Below are positions 1 to 13,636 of a stretch of DNA of 64,000 bases, in pieces; the first letter of the stretch is position 1, and each line of letters begins with the position of its first letter. The position numbers and the translations under genes were made by a program. The stretch is from Rhizaria sp. SCN 62-66 (taxonomy: Eukaryota), in assembly GCA_001724265.1 (NCBI GenBank), contig MEDY01000025.1:62001-126000 (forward strand), in the 5' to 3' direction. The notes under the pieces were generated by a model. That model saw nothing but the letters and a program-made list of their open reading frames with translations, was not told where the DNA came from and did not search any database.

Positions 1-1122
1 GCACGCCCTGGCCGTTGTGGCGCTCATCAAGGGCGGCGCTCACGTGCTCTCTCTCGGCGGTAAGCCCTCCGAGCGCGTCATCCAGGAGATCATGAACGCC
101 TGCGCGCAGCGCCCCGCGGTCCAGGCCGCGCTGGGGCCGAACGTGCGCGTGGGCGTGCTGTCGACCTACGCCTACACCGACAACGCGCTGCGCGTCCGGA
201 ACTCACGCCGCCGCGAGGCCGAGAAGTGGGCCTCGCTGGCCACGCTGGGCGAGCTCACCGAGCCCGCGCCCGTGCCGCTGTGGCGCCGCATCTTCCGCCG
301 GGCCGCCAAGAAGGGCGCGGCGAACCTCACCCCCAACGGCTCTGTCACTGGGACCGCCGTCGTGACTGCAGTGGACGATGTCAACGTGAGCGTGACGCAG
401 AAGATGAGCGACATCAGCGTCGCCCTGCCTGGCGCCCCCGAGGAGCTGATCGCTGCCACCACCGCCGCCGCCGCTGTGAAGGCTAATGCTGCAACTGCTG
501 CAACTGCTGAGGCTACTGATGCTGCTGAGGCTACTAAGACTGCTGCTGCCGCCGATGCGACTACGACTGCGAATACTGATGCGGCGGCGGCGGCCACTGC
601 GATCGACCCCGCGACGGGCATGCCCGTGGCGCTCAAGGAGCGTTTCGCCGGCCAGGCTCAGCGCGCCAAGGACCACGCGGTCGACTACTCCGGTTGGGGC
701 CGCATCTGGAAGGCGCGGCGCGTCCAGGTCGTCATGCATGTCATCGGCGACACGGACTCGGCGCTGCTGCTGGCCGAGGTTGAGAAGAAGCACACCGGCT
801 GGAGCGACCTCTACCAGGTACGACATTTATGATGAGAAACAAAGACATCTTGTGGTATTGTTTGATTTGAAGTAGTATAGGGTAGAAGCGGACTTTGATT
901 TTTATGAAACTCACTTTTTTTGTTGATCGCCCAATTTTTGTACACCTTTGTTACTATTTATCACAGGGTTTCACGGAGTTCCGCACGTTCCAGTTGGTGT
1001 CTCTGACGACGGGCAAGGTGCTCAACATGGAGGGCCCCGAGCAGGCGACTCTGCTCAACAACGCCAAGCTGACACAGCTCTTCAACACCATCCCCGCTCC
1101 GCAGCCCAACCCCTACCTGTGA
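1..1122 (+). CDS. Partial (5' truncated) Tim21/Coa1-like mitochondrial inner-membrane protein; exons <1..817 and 967..1122
   Basis: A phase-0 intron 818..966 (GTACGA...CAG) joins ...SDLYQ to GFTEFRTF...; the stop is TGA 1120-1122. PSERVIQEIMNACAQRPAVQAALGPNVRVG and VQVVMHVIGDTDSALLLAEVEKK resemble the Tim21/Coa1 pattern (helix, LG-x-P/N, then beta strands), interrupted by an Ala/Thr-rich insertion. The family call is by eye. Confidence 0.4.
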
Positions 1123-2059
1123 GCGAGTCATCCGTCAGTGACCCCCATCGCCAGTCAGTCAGTGAGAGAGAGAACGCGAGGCGCCAGTCAGTGAGAGAGT
1201 GAGTCGGTGGCGGTGAGGCTGGGGTGACACGCGCTCGCACAGTCACACTAAAGTCATCGTCACAGAGTCATTGTCAATGGCAGTCCAGTGACGACTGCGA
1301 GGTATTGAGAAGAGATGTAGAATGTGTTGTTGTGAGGATCGCTTATTGTTGTTATTATTATAAGGTTACTTAGGGCCAAGGTGTTACGTATCCCTGTTGT
1401 TGTTGTTGTTGATGTTATTGGAGTTATATTGAAGCGTCATTGTGTTCAGAGTGCTTTCGTTGCGCTGTTTACGGAAAGGATAGAACGCTTAGTTGGACTT
1501 TGTTGGAGGTATTTATCACGGCAAATACATATATTTATTGTTAAAGGACTTGATTTTGCAAGGTTATCTTGAGTAGTGGCTATTAAGCAGTGTTATGCAG
1601 TGGAATGCGGCAGTTTACGGTCTTTGAGTGCTTGAGTTTGTTGCTCTCAGCCGACTGTGTATTGAACACAATCGACTGGCTAAGATAAGATTTATCTCAG
1701 TAGGGAGACCGTCATATGGACTGTGGCAGCACTGACGCGATTTAACTTAATGCAAAATATTATTTATGCTTTTTATAGTTTGTGGAAGTGCAGTTTGACC
1801 TCTGTGCAAGTCTTGTTTGTTTCACTCTCAGCACCACGCGACGTGACCTGGCTCGTGGCATAATTTCTCTCGATGCCTCACGCTCACATGCACTCTCTTT
1901 TAAATGCCTCTTTGCAACCTTGCCTTTGCTGTTTCTATGATTCCATTTCTCAGGTATTTCGTTTCTCTTGCGTTGACTCTGCGTCAGTATCTCGGAAAGA
2001 AGAGACCGTCTTCAAGCAATCTTGCATTGCGCGGCTCTTTGAGGCTTTGCACTCGCGAT

Positions 2060-2877
2060 ATGTCGTCATTATCGCACTCTAAGGGCAGCAAGAGCGGCAG
2101 TGGCAGCAGCAGTGGCAGTGATCAAGCTGCTTCTGCCACGACTGCGACGGCGACTGCGTCTGCTGCTGCTGCTAGTGCGAGTGCTGCTGCCGCACATGCT
2201 AGCGACGACGATGACGACGACGACGACGGCGAGGTGTACTTCCCCGATAACTACTACCACGCCCCCGCCCCTGCTGATGCCCCTGCGAGTGCGAGCGTTG
2301 GTTTTGTGACAGAGAGCGGCGATGTGACTGCAGCTGCGGCTGAAAGCGGCATCAACAGCAACACCGCCAACGCCCGTGACAAGAGCCCTGCTGTCAGCAC
2401 CAACACGATCGCTGCGCCCGCGGCTGCAACTGCGGCTGCGGGTACGGGTGCGGGTGCGGGTGCGACCGAGAGTGCGAGTGCGAGCGCTAATGCGAGCCCT
2501 ATTGCGACTGAGAGCGCCAACAACGCTGATGCTGCTGCTGCTGCTGCGGGTAGTAACAGCTTCGATGACTCGGCGACGTTCAACTTCGACAGCTTCATGA
2601 GCGACATCAACGGCAGCAGCCCCACTACCCCTCACACTCATCTTCACAACAACAACAATAACAACAACGGTAAGAATGATGACGCTGAGGCTAAGGCCGA
2701 AGCTAAAGCTAAGGCTGAGGCTGAGGCTAAGGCTAAAGCAGAGGCTGAGGCCGCCGCCGCTGCTGCTGCCGCCGCTGCTGCAGCTGTGCTGCCCCCGCTG
2801 CCGTCTTCACACCCTTGGGCCGCCGCTGTCGCCGCCGGGACCGCTCATATGAACAGCAACAACGCTAATATCTACAA

Positions 2878-2909
<32 letters not shown>

Positions 2910-4081
2910 GTCGCGGCCTCACTGGTCCTCGCCCGAACACGAATGACAATGACGCTGATGCAAATGCAAAGGCTGCTTTTCAGGCTGCACCTATGACTGA
3001 GAGTGAGCGTTTGCTAGCGCAGGTGCCCTCGGCTCTGTCGCAGCAGTTTGCTCCCGGGTTTGTGCCAAGTTTAGCCGCCTTGTACAGCAACGACGCCGCC
3101 AGCGCCGTCATTAGTCCGTTTTCACCCTTCAACAACAAGAACATCAACAAAAAGCGTGACAACTACAACAAGAGCAATGATAACCCTAGCTCATCTGATA
3201 TTGGCACCACAACTGCTGATACCGCGAGAGCTGAGACTGGTGAACCTGCGACTGAGACTGAGATTGCTACAACCCAGTCCCCTAGCTGCTCACAGTCACC
3301 CTCTAGCCCTAGCCCACGGTCACTCTCGGGCCCGCACCCTCTGTCCCGCTCGCTGCCGCCGCGGCCCGCGCTGCCCGCGCTGGTGGCCCAGTGGCTCATT
3401 GCCTCGGGCGCGCTGGCGTTGCGGGAGCAGGTCCATGCCGCCGCCGCCGCCGCCGCCGCGGGGAACCGCCAGTGTCCGCCGCTGCAGCCAGACTTCACCA
3501 CAAGCACCGCCGCAACCGCACCCACAGGGTACTTAGAGGGGTACTTAGAGGGGAGTAAGTACACGGAGGCCGAGTGGCGCGCGCCCGGGGTCGGCGTAAG
3601 CACCGGCACGTACTCGCGGCCTCTGGCGCTGCTTACAGTCCCCGCTACTGCTGCTGCTGCTGCTGCTGCATCGTCTTGCTTTGGCAACACGGGCGGCAAC
3701 GGGGGCCATTTGAGCAACACGATGAGCAACGACTTGAGCGGCAGCTCGGTCCCCGGCTCCAGCGGCTCCAGCGGCTCCAGCAGTGCGGGCGTGTTTGGCT
3801 TCAGCAGCTTTAACAACAACAGCAACAACAGCAACGTTGTTCACAGCTCTACCTGCAGCTCGAATAGTCAGCAGTTGGACCTCGACTTGACTAGTGCGAG
3901 TGCACACCCCTCCGGCGGCCTAACTTCCGACGGCGGCAGCTGCGGCCTGACTTACCTCGATCTGTGCCGCCAGTACGAGCTCTATCTGTGCGCGTTTGCC
4001 CACCTCAGCAACGGCGGCGCCGGCGCCGCTGCCCGCAGCGCCGAGATCGTCGCCTTGACGCAGTTGCACTCCAAAAGCAGC

Positions 4082-4113
<32 letters not shown>

Positions 4114-7100
4114 CGACAATAGCGATAACAAGGTGAAGTCTAAGTGTGCTGAGTGTAAGTACAAGGGCTGTGGTGAGAGTGCTGCTTCTGTTAGCGATGC
4201 CACTTCTGAGTCCAAGTGCGGTGGTGATGGTTCAGAGTCTAAGGGTGTCGCAGCCGACTCCGAGTCCCGCGATAGTACCGAGGCGGGGGTCGCTGCACCC
4301 CAGAGTAAGGATGCGGGGGACTCGGCGATGTGGTGCTACGAGCTCCCCACGTCTGCCGTTTTGCCTGATGTCACTCAAGTGGCCCCTTTTGCTAGCCACA
4401 ACCACCCCCCTCTCTACCGCAGCAACAGCAGCAACAATGGCACTCATGCTGCGCATATCAAGTGCGAGTGTAAGTGTTGCTGTGCCACTGACGCTGACGC
4501 CGACGCCGACGCCGACGCTGACACAGAGACTAGCGCTGTGTCTAACGGCAATGGCGGTGAGCTGAAGAGTGACCGTGACCCTGACCGCGACTCTACGACT
4601 GACAGTGACAGCGGCAGCGGCAGTGATGATGATGAAGATGATGGCGACAGCGACTGTCTCAGTACCCCCTTACTCTGGTCCCCGCACGCCACGTACCCGT
4701 CGTTTTTCTCAGAGGCCGCCGCACTCTCCCGTACTCTCGCCAGCGGCCTCGTGTCAGTAGCCATGAGCAATAATAACAACAACAGCAACAACAACAGAGC
4801 GGGCAACGGCACTCATACCTCGTCAGCAACTACAGCAACTGCGACTGCACGTGCGCGTGCGCCTGCGCCTGCGTCAAACACCCCCCCCGCGCCGCCGCTG
4901 CCGGTGCCCGCGGCGCTGCTTGCGGCCATCGCGTCGCGGCCGCGGCCCGCCTTCCTGGCCTGCGATGACGATATCCGCAAAGACCTCAGGCGCTCACACC
5001 CCAGTCTCCCGCTCTTCCGCACCCACCAGGTACGTCAAAAACCAATATTTGACGACATATACGTTATGATGATTTTGATATATGATGAAAATATTATTTT
5101 TATATCGTTTTCCCAAAGTTTTGTGGTATTATAACTTTTCTCATTCAATTTAACTTGATGTTTTGTTATATTCATTCGTCCCTCGGATATAACCAGGGTT
5201 TGCTGCGTTTGTACCGCATTCTGACCGCGTTCGCTGTCCGCGACGGCGGTGTTGCCATCGGCTACTGCCAGTCGATGAACTTCATCGCCGGCGCCTTGTT
5301 GCTGCTCACGACCGAGGCCGCGGCGGCCCGCAAGGCCGCGCTCAGTGCACTCTCAGCCAGTGCCGCTGATGATGATAATAAGACTGAGGTTAAGAATGCG
5401 AGCGAGAATGCGATTGAGGCCGAGACAACTAGCGCTGATACGACGACGACAGCGCAGTGTGCGAACGCTCGTAGCAGTGCAGCAACAACCAGCGCCGCGG
5501 CAGCTGGCACGGTGTGTTATGCGTCCCTGACTGCTGCCGAAGCGGACGAGGCCGAGGAGGCCGCCTTCTGGCTGCTGTGCGCTCTGCTGGCACCGCGCTC
5601 CGGCTGGTACTCGCGCGGGCTCTCGGGCCTCGAGCGCGACATCGCCGTGCTCGAGTCCCTGCTCGCGCTGCACATCCCCTCGCTGTCGGACCACCTGTCG
5701 CGGCACGGCGCGCGCATCGGCACCGTCGCCGTGTCGTGGACGCTGTCACTGTTCCTGTCTTCGCTGGCGCCCGCGCCCGCACTGCCGCTGTGGCACGCGC
5801 TGCTTTGGCGCGGCGACGAGGCGCTCTTCCACGCGCTGCTCACCAACACCGCACTGGCGCAGCCGCGGTTGCTGCGGGCGCGCACCGCCGACGAAGTGCT
5901 GTTCGCTCTCGTCCGCGGCGACTCGCGTGGCGGCCCGGGCGGCCCCGGCGGCTCCGGCGGCGGCGCTGGTCTCGGTGGCGGCGGCGACGGCGACGCAGGC
6001 AGGGGCGACGACGCCGCGCGGGTCGATTGGGCCCGGGCCGTGGCAGCGATGCCCATGCCGCCGGTGCTGAGCAGGCACGCCGTCCGCGTCGTCCGGGCCG
6101 CCGCGCGCGCGCAGAGGGGCTTCGACGCAAAGGGGGCGGCTAAGGGGGCGGCTAAGGACCCCCTGAGAGCGGGTAAGGGGGGTTCTAAGAATCAGTCTAC
6201 GTGTAAGTCTAAGTCGATGGATAACAGGTATTTGGATGATTCTAAGTACTTTAAGCTGATCAACAAACTCTCGCTGCACAGCAGCAACATCAGCAACATC
6301 GAAGACGTTGGTCGCGGCACTGTCGGGAATCGCGGCGCCACTGCTATCGAGCTTGAGGTCGCTGCAGAGGAAGCTGAGGCTGCAGCAGAGGCGTCTCTTT
6401 CTGACGACTTCTGCGCGAGCACGAGTAGCAGCGCGAATGTTGGGAATAATACCTCGCAGTCAACGCGCTCACGATCATTGTCACAATCGCACTCAGCCGC
6501 TGCTGCGTCGAGTGAGTCGTCCAAGTCCAAGGGCCTGCGGACGCTACTTAGCCTCGACGTCCAGGAGGACAACGACATGACCGTGAGCACCCTTAGCCAC
6601 CGCAACGTCACCGTGCGGTACTTAGCCATGTGCGCCGCGCTCTCGTCTCAGGGGGTACTTACATCCCACAGCGACGTCAGCGTCGTTCGCTTTGCTTTGC
6701 CTCTGGTGCCGACTGCTTCATTCATCAACACTTCGTTCAGGTCTAAGAGGGTACTTAATGCTGTCGCCTCGGTGCTCCTACCGACGACCACGGCAGCCTC
6801 ACTTGCTTACATCCCCAAAAATCCCCCCTTACCCCCACCCTTACATTCTGCGACAGCTAACCCTCATGCCGGCTCTAGTTCGACCTTGATTGCGACCGTT
6901 GCTCGGTCAAGGGTCAACAGCACGCACACCAACACGCTCGTCAACGCGCCTGTAAGTGCCTCCAGTGGTGTAAGCGGGTCGCTGTCGACCTCGAACAGCA
7001 GCAGCAGCAGCAGCAGCGGCGGCGACAGCGCCAGCGACTTCGACTGCTTCCCTACGGCCACTGCCACCGTCTCACTGGCCCCGACCGTGGCCGCGTACCG

Positions 7101-10100
7101 GCTGCTCCACACGCCCGGCCTGGCGGCTCCCGCGCTGGCGCTGCCGCGCGCCGCGGCCCGCCGCCTCACCGCCGCGCTGAGGCTGCGCGAGGCCTTGCAC
7201 GCAGTCGTCGTCGCCGCCGCCGCGGGGGGCAACGCGGTGGCCGCGGCTACGCTGGCGGCCACGGCCGGCCCAGGCCCAGGCACCGGCGCTGCGCAGAACC
7301 AGAGCCAGATTCAGAGCCAAACGCAGAGTCAGAGTGGAGCAGGGCATGCGAGTGTGGGTGCCGGTGCCGGGGGGAGTGAATACACCTCTGCCGGTGTAGG
7401 TGGAGGTGGCGGGAGAGTGAGTAGGTCCGTCTCGTTCGCTCCGTTGCCGCTGCCGACGCTGACGCCGCATAACACTCTGATCAGCGCTAACAATAACGCT
7501 GGCGCCAATAGCAATCTCAATAGTAATCGCAATGCTAGCGCGAGCGCGAGCGCGAGAGCTGCGAGCCCGGTGCCGTCACCGCTGTTAGCCTCGCAGCAGC
7601 AGCAACACCAACAGCAGCAGCCGCAGCAGCAGAAGAGCAAGGACAGCAACAGCAACCCCGTGAGCGCGACGAGCGTCGACGGCTCTGACGGCACTGCTGG
7701 GGGGGCTGAGCAGCTGCAGAGTGGCGGCGCTGCTGATGGCGCTACCGCGAAGGCCAGCCGCGCTGGTAGCGAGACCGGACTCCGTAGCCGGTCTGTGTCT
7801 TCTGTGTCCGACGTGAACAATAACGGTGCGCTCGACTCTGAGCAGCAACCGCTGCAGTTTGATAAGGACGGCAATCCAAAGGACAAGAGCAAGTCGGTCC
7901 GCTCGATCTTCAGCTCTTTGTTCAAGCGCAAAGACAAAGACAGTACATCGACAACGCCGGTGCCACTCACAGTCAATATTGGTGACAACAGTAACGCCGT
8001 TACTGCTGCTGTTCACGGTCACTCTGCCCACGGTCACTCCGCTCACGGCATCCCCCCACCTACTCCTGCCGCTGCCTCTGCCGCCGCCGCCGCCGCCGCT
8101 GCCGCCGCGGCTGCCGCTGCCGCCGCCGCCGCCGTTGCTTTAGACGCAGCCCGTGCCACGGCAGCAGCCGCCACAGCTAGTAATAACATGAACGCCAACT
8201 CTATCGGCAACACGGCTTCTACTGCTCAGACTCGGAGAAAGAGCAGCAGTAGCCCCACCACGACTGACGCCGATTCCAGTCTATCGAACGCTGTGACAGC
8301 CGACGGCACCGACCCCGGCTCTGCCTCAACCGCGACTGCTGCTGTTGCAACTGATGCCAATGATGTGAGTGCGAATGGGAATGGAACTGGGCCTGGGCCT
8401 GGGGCTGCGGCGGGCGCCGGCGCCTTCAGCTACCAGTACACCGAGGAGGACGAGGCCGCCGAGGAGGCCGCGGCGTTGGCAGCGGTGGCGGCGGCGACCG
8501 CGGCGGCGGCGCTCATCGAGGAGGCCGAGGCGGCGGCGGAGCGGGCGATGGCTTTCATGATCGCGGAGCAGGAAGCCACAGCCGCCGCCAACGCGGTCAA
8601 CGCTGCCACCAAGGCTGCCGCTGAGGCTGCTGAGGCCGACGCCACCGCTGCTGTCGAGGCTGCTGCTGCTGCTGATGCTGCTGAGGCTGAGACCAAGACT
8701 GGGACTGAAGTAGAGGCAGTCGAGGCTAATGCTTCTGAGACTTCCACCGAGGCCGAGGCTGAGGCTGATGCTAAGCCCTTTGACTCCAAGGACTCTGTCG
8801 AGGAGAAGCCTTTAGACGACGAGAAGGGACTCTTAGATTCGGCGAGGTTGCACTTACACTCGCTGCCGCTGCCTGCGGCCCTCACGGTCACTCTGCCCTC
8901 CGAGGGGGACGCCAGTGCAGGCAACGTCGTCGTCACCAGCGTGAGCTCCAGCGTCAACGCGAGCAGCAGCGGCTCCGTTGCCGCGAGCACGGCGGCGGCT
9001 TCCAACCCTCTGACTTACACTGCGCTTGTTCCAATGTCGACCAATAGCACCAGCAACGGCATTTATAGTAGCACTAATGCCGCTTTTGTTGCCGTTGTGC
9101 GGGCGTCTCAGCAGCACATGCTGCTCAAGCCCGCTCATTTACGCTACTTGCGTGCCGCTGCCGCCGCCGCCGCGCCTGCGATGGCTTCGCTGCCTCCGCC
9201 GTCTCTGGCACTCGCCCTGAGCAAACCTTCTAGCTTCACTAGCAACAACAACAACAACGCCAACGCAGGAGCTAGCGCTGGCTACAGCACCGGCGGCCGG
9301 GGTAATCCTTTCACCCCCTTCGCCGTGAACGACGCCAACGCGTCTCCAGTGGCGTCGCACCGCAGCAGCATCAGCAGCCCCGACAGTGGCAACGGCAACG
9401 CCTCGTTGCTGTCAACGGCGTCATCATCTTCGTCGTCGTCGCCTCTGTCGCCGGCAATGCCCATTGCGTTCGTCCTGTCCCCGCGCGCCGCCCGCAGCAG
9501 CGGCAGCGGCAGCGGCAGCCTGAGCCTCAGTGCCGGCCTGGCGCCCGGCTCGGCTGAGCAGGCGGCCAGCAGCCGCAGCAGCAGGGCTGCGCGCACGACA
9601 AACGAGCCCATTTCCAACAGCGCTACTGCTGCCGCGACGCAAAGCAATGCTGCCACCGCCGCTGTCGCAGTGTCCAGGTTCCCGCCCGTCTCTGAGGCCG
9701 AGGCCGAGGCCGTGGCGGCCGTCTTCACGCCCCCCGCCACAGCCGCCGCCGCCTACGGCCGTGCGCTGGGTGCCCCACCCCCCGCGTTGCCGCACAACTC
9801 GCACTCGAACTCGCAGTCGCTGTCGTACATCGCCGGCACTGGCTACAGCCACAGCCAGGGCCAGAGCCAGGGCCAGGGCCAGGGTGTGGGCGGAGGGCTC
9901 GGCGGCGTCCCCGCGATGCTGCCGCCGTCGTCCTCGTTCTCCCATTCCTACACCAACAACAACAACATCGGCAACGGCGTCATCAGTCCGTACCACGGCG
10001 GCGGCGGCGGCTTCGGCTCGCCTTCCCGCGTCACAGCCGCTTATTCCAGCAACAGCAACAACAACGGCAGCGGCAGCGGCAGCGGCAACGGTACGTACCA

Positions 10101-10680
10101 CACCGCCCACATGCTGCCCCCCGGCAGCCCCACCGCGGCGGGCTACGGCGCCAGCGCCGGCGCCGGCGCCAGTCTAGGCCTCAGCCTCGGTCTGGGCGGC
10201 GTCAGCGTTGCGCTGTCGTCGCTGGCGGCCTCGCAGGCGCTGGCTGCGCTGTCCGAGCTGGGCGTGGACCTGCTGACCGCACTCGCGGCGGACCCGGCGC
10301 TGCAGCGGTGCCAGCAGCAGCTGCAGCAGCAGCACATCAACACCGCCAAACAACAACAACAGCAACAGCAGCAGCATGGCTCTAGCTCGAGTCACGCAGC
10401 TGTAGCCGCCCTAGGCCACGCGTTTGGACAGCACAGCAGCAGCGCGCACCTCTCTGGCGCCGCAGCGAACTCTAATAACTCAAGCGCTGTTACTGGGAGC
10501 AACGGTGGCTCAAGCTTCTGGAAGTCGAGCAAGGCTTTATTCTCGTCGCCGTCAATCAAAGACAAAGAGAAGGAGAAAGAGAAAGAAAAGGACAAGGGTA
10601 AAGAGAAGGACAAGGATAGCTCTGGTGTGGCTGCTCATAACGCGAACGCGAAGGTGCTATTTTCAGAGAACTCGGACAAA

Positions 10681-10711
<31 letters not shown>

Positions 10712-11769
10712 CGACTGCTACTGCTACTACTGCTGCTGCTGCTACGACAGCTAAAATTGCTGACGCAACACCTTCAACAGCAACTGCTGCTGCGGCTAAC
10801 ACGATTGCTTCGACTGCTCTGCCAAGCAGCAGTAACAGCAACAGCGCCAATAATAGCACTCGGACTTCGCGTGTCTCCTCAGTCACTACGCTTTCCTCAG
10901 ACACCAACGTCGCAAGCTACACTCACACTGCGACAACAGCCGCTGCCGCGAATCCGAGCAGCAGCAACAGCAACAGCAACAGCAGCGCCGTCCCCGCGAC
11001 CAGTGCGTCTATCGATACGCCTGCGCCTGGTGCAAGTGTGACGCCCGCTCCTGTGCCAGCTCCAACGCAGGCTCCAACTCCATCGCCAGCTACGACAGCA
11101 ACAAGCTCTCTCTCACTGCTTGCTCCCCTGCAGCAGCCTCCTCCTCAGCAGCAGCAGCCTCAGCAGCCTAAGCCTCAGCCGCCTCAACAGCAGCTTCCGC
11201 CGACGCCTGGCGCGCTGGCCCTGAGCGCCGTGCTCTCTGCATGCAGCGACGCGTTCCTCACCCTGGCGTGGCAGCGCTTTCTTTCCCCGTCTCCCTGGCG
11301 CACTCTGCTCACCTCGTCGCTGCCCGGCCCACTCGCGTTCGCGCTCGCCTTTATCCCCGCGGCCTTCCCGCCGCGCCAGCGCCGCCGCTGGGCCGTCCCC
11401 GGTGACCTGGGGCTGGGCTGCGGCTTCGCGGCGCGGCTCTTCGCCGCCGTCAACTGCGCCGCGACGGGCGCCGTGGCGTTCGAGGAGTTCGCGGCCGCGC
11501 TGCTCGTGTTGCTGTGCGGCACGCAGCCGCAGCGGCTGTATCTCTGCTTCCGGTTCTTCACCGCCGCGGAGGCCGGCCGGGCCGACGCCAGGGGCCGGTT
11601 CCCGCCAGCGGTCGAGGTGACGGCCGCGACGACGACAACAACCACGTCCATCAACAACAGCAGCAATAACAGTAAGACGAGCTTGAGTAACTCTAACACT
11701 TTGACCAAGACGAACACTACTCTTGCTAAGACGGAGACTGCGACTGAGCTTGACGCAAATGACCGTGAT

Positions 11770-11801
<32 letters not shown>

Positions 11802-13023
11802 ATGTGAGGACGCCGTCGTCGCCGCCGCAGTGACTGCCTCGGCCTCGACGCTGTTGGCGCTGCCCAACCATTTGCGCGCGCGCTCCTTCGTCCCCTTCTC
11901 CTGTCTGCTCACGTCTTTCGCGCTCACGCACTCGCTGTACCACGGCGACGCCGACGCGGGGGCCGCGGCGCGCGAGCAGGCCGCTGTCTTCGCCGCCGCC
12001 GTCTGCGAGAAGGCTGACCAGCGCGCCGTCGAGCTGGCCTTCGAGGAGGCGGCGGCGGCCGAGGCCGCAGCTGTTACTCTCTCGGTCGAGGCGGCGGCGG
12101 CGGCGGCGGCGGCGGTCGCGGCGGCGGCGGCGGCAGTCGCGGCGGCGAATGCCAACAACGCCAGCAATGGCGACGAGTTGGCAGGACTGCCTATGCCGAC
12201 CGTTGATCACGATAACGATGACAGTGGCGAGAGCAGCGGCGACGCGGGCGCGGGTGCCCCCGGTCACTTGGTGACTACTGCTGCTGCAGCTGTTGGTGGA
12301 GCGCTTGCGTCGTCGCCGTCGTCAACGGACTCGGTGTCTTCGAGCAAGACCAATGGCAATAGTGACAGCAAGCGCACACTGGATCCCAACGCTGCCTGTG
12401 GCCGTGACGGTGACGATACAGTTGCTGCTGCTGCTGCTGCTGTTGCTGCTGATAAGGCGAAGGACGGTGGCAGTGACCGTGACGATGAGAGCGATGCCGA
12501 GGGAGAGAGTGGCGGTGGCTTAGTGTACTGCCCTTCGGCTATTAACATTACCGCAAACACTGACACCGTGGACGCTAGAGCTAAGACTATCTCTCAAGAA
12601 ACGAGTGATCAGCCTGCTGTGCGTGACATCAGCGCGAGCACTGTCGCAGCTGTTGCTTCTAATGGCAAGAATAGCAACAAGAAGGGCAAGAGCGCTGAAG
12701 ACAAGAGCAAAGCCAAGAGCAAGAGTGCTGATACTGAGGCGGACGGGGGCAAGGGCAGTCTCGCAGCCGCGTCTGCTGCTGCCCCTGATGCAAGTGCGAG
12801 TCCTGGCGTCAGCGCGAGTGCGAGTTCGAGTTCAGGTGCGAACAGTGCTGTTGCAGTTGTCAACGACAGCAGCATCACTCTTCTGCCTGATAGCACGCTC
12901 ACCCGCATCAGAATCCCCACGATTGACCGTGCACAGGACCGCGGCTTAACTTACGACGAGTTCTGCGAGTTTGTCGCGCTGCACCCGCTCACGGCGCTCT
13001 TGTTCGGACTCGAGCCGGTTTAA
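2060..13023 (+). CDS. Giant (~3600 aa) TBC-domain Rab GTPase-activating protein with C-terminal EF-hand-like region; exons 2060..5029 and 5197..13023
   Basis: A phase-0 intron 5030..5196 (GTACGT...CAG) joins DDDIRKDLRRSHPSLPLFRTHQ to GLLRLYRILTAFAVRD...GYCQSMNFIAGALL, restoring the TBC IxxDxxR and YxQ catalytic fingers; EEAAFWLLCAL follows. EF-hand-like segments RLFAAVNCAATGAVAFEEFAAAL and DRGLTYDEFCEFV lie near the C-terminus. Stop is TAA. The start ATG at 2060 is inferred. Confidence 0.85.
4081..4113 (+). repeat. (CAA/AAC)n microsatellite encoding poly-Asn in the TBC gene; representative of many coding trinucleotide runs
   Basis: About 11 consecutive CAA units read directly. Confidence 0.9.
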
Positions 13024-13636
13024 GTGGAGCCGGCTGTCAAAGTGACACTTTAGCGCAAGGCACATAGCAAAGCAAGAAGGAGACTGACGGGGTTCGCAGA
13101 TTATATACTTTATTTTGTCACATATAATAAGACTGATTAATACATTTGGATTATGAATTTTTAGAAACATGTGATTGTTAAGGGTATTACCAGGTGCAAT
13201 TTTAAACGGGAAGTCCTTCATCATGTTGCGCTAGACCTCGTTCGACTCGCACCATAGCATTAGTTAACAGGCGCAAGTGGTAGGATGGGAAGACTAGCTC
13301 CCTCCACAAACAAGTGCCAAGTCATGAATTGATCGTCAATAGATCCGAGTTTTTAAGGATTACATGTACCAGTTGCATGTACTTTGTATTCTTGCTCAGA
13401 TGATCATTTTGTGACGACCTCCTTGCGCTTTCTAGCAGAGTGGCGTATATTCCGGGCCTTCGTGGTGAAAAAAGAGAATACTGTATTTGAAAAGACTACA
13501 CAAACAGTATGAAAGCATAAAACATCCAAATATATAAAGTCGAGATACAATCATGAATGACTCACATAATCACTCCTGTCAAGCTTGCTACAAACTCTTA
13601 AGCGTGCGCACAACACAAAACACTTGCTTGGCACAC

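Noticed and set aside
1904-2059. Upstream in-frame ATG at 1904 for the TBC gene
   Set aside because: The segment is T-rich and UTR-like; coding style begins at ATG 2060.
13225-13256. GTTCGACTC resembling a tRNA T-loop/B-box
   Set aside because: No T-stem pairing or cloverleaf can be built. I found no tRNA gene, including a CUA suppressor, in the window.
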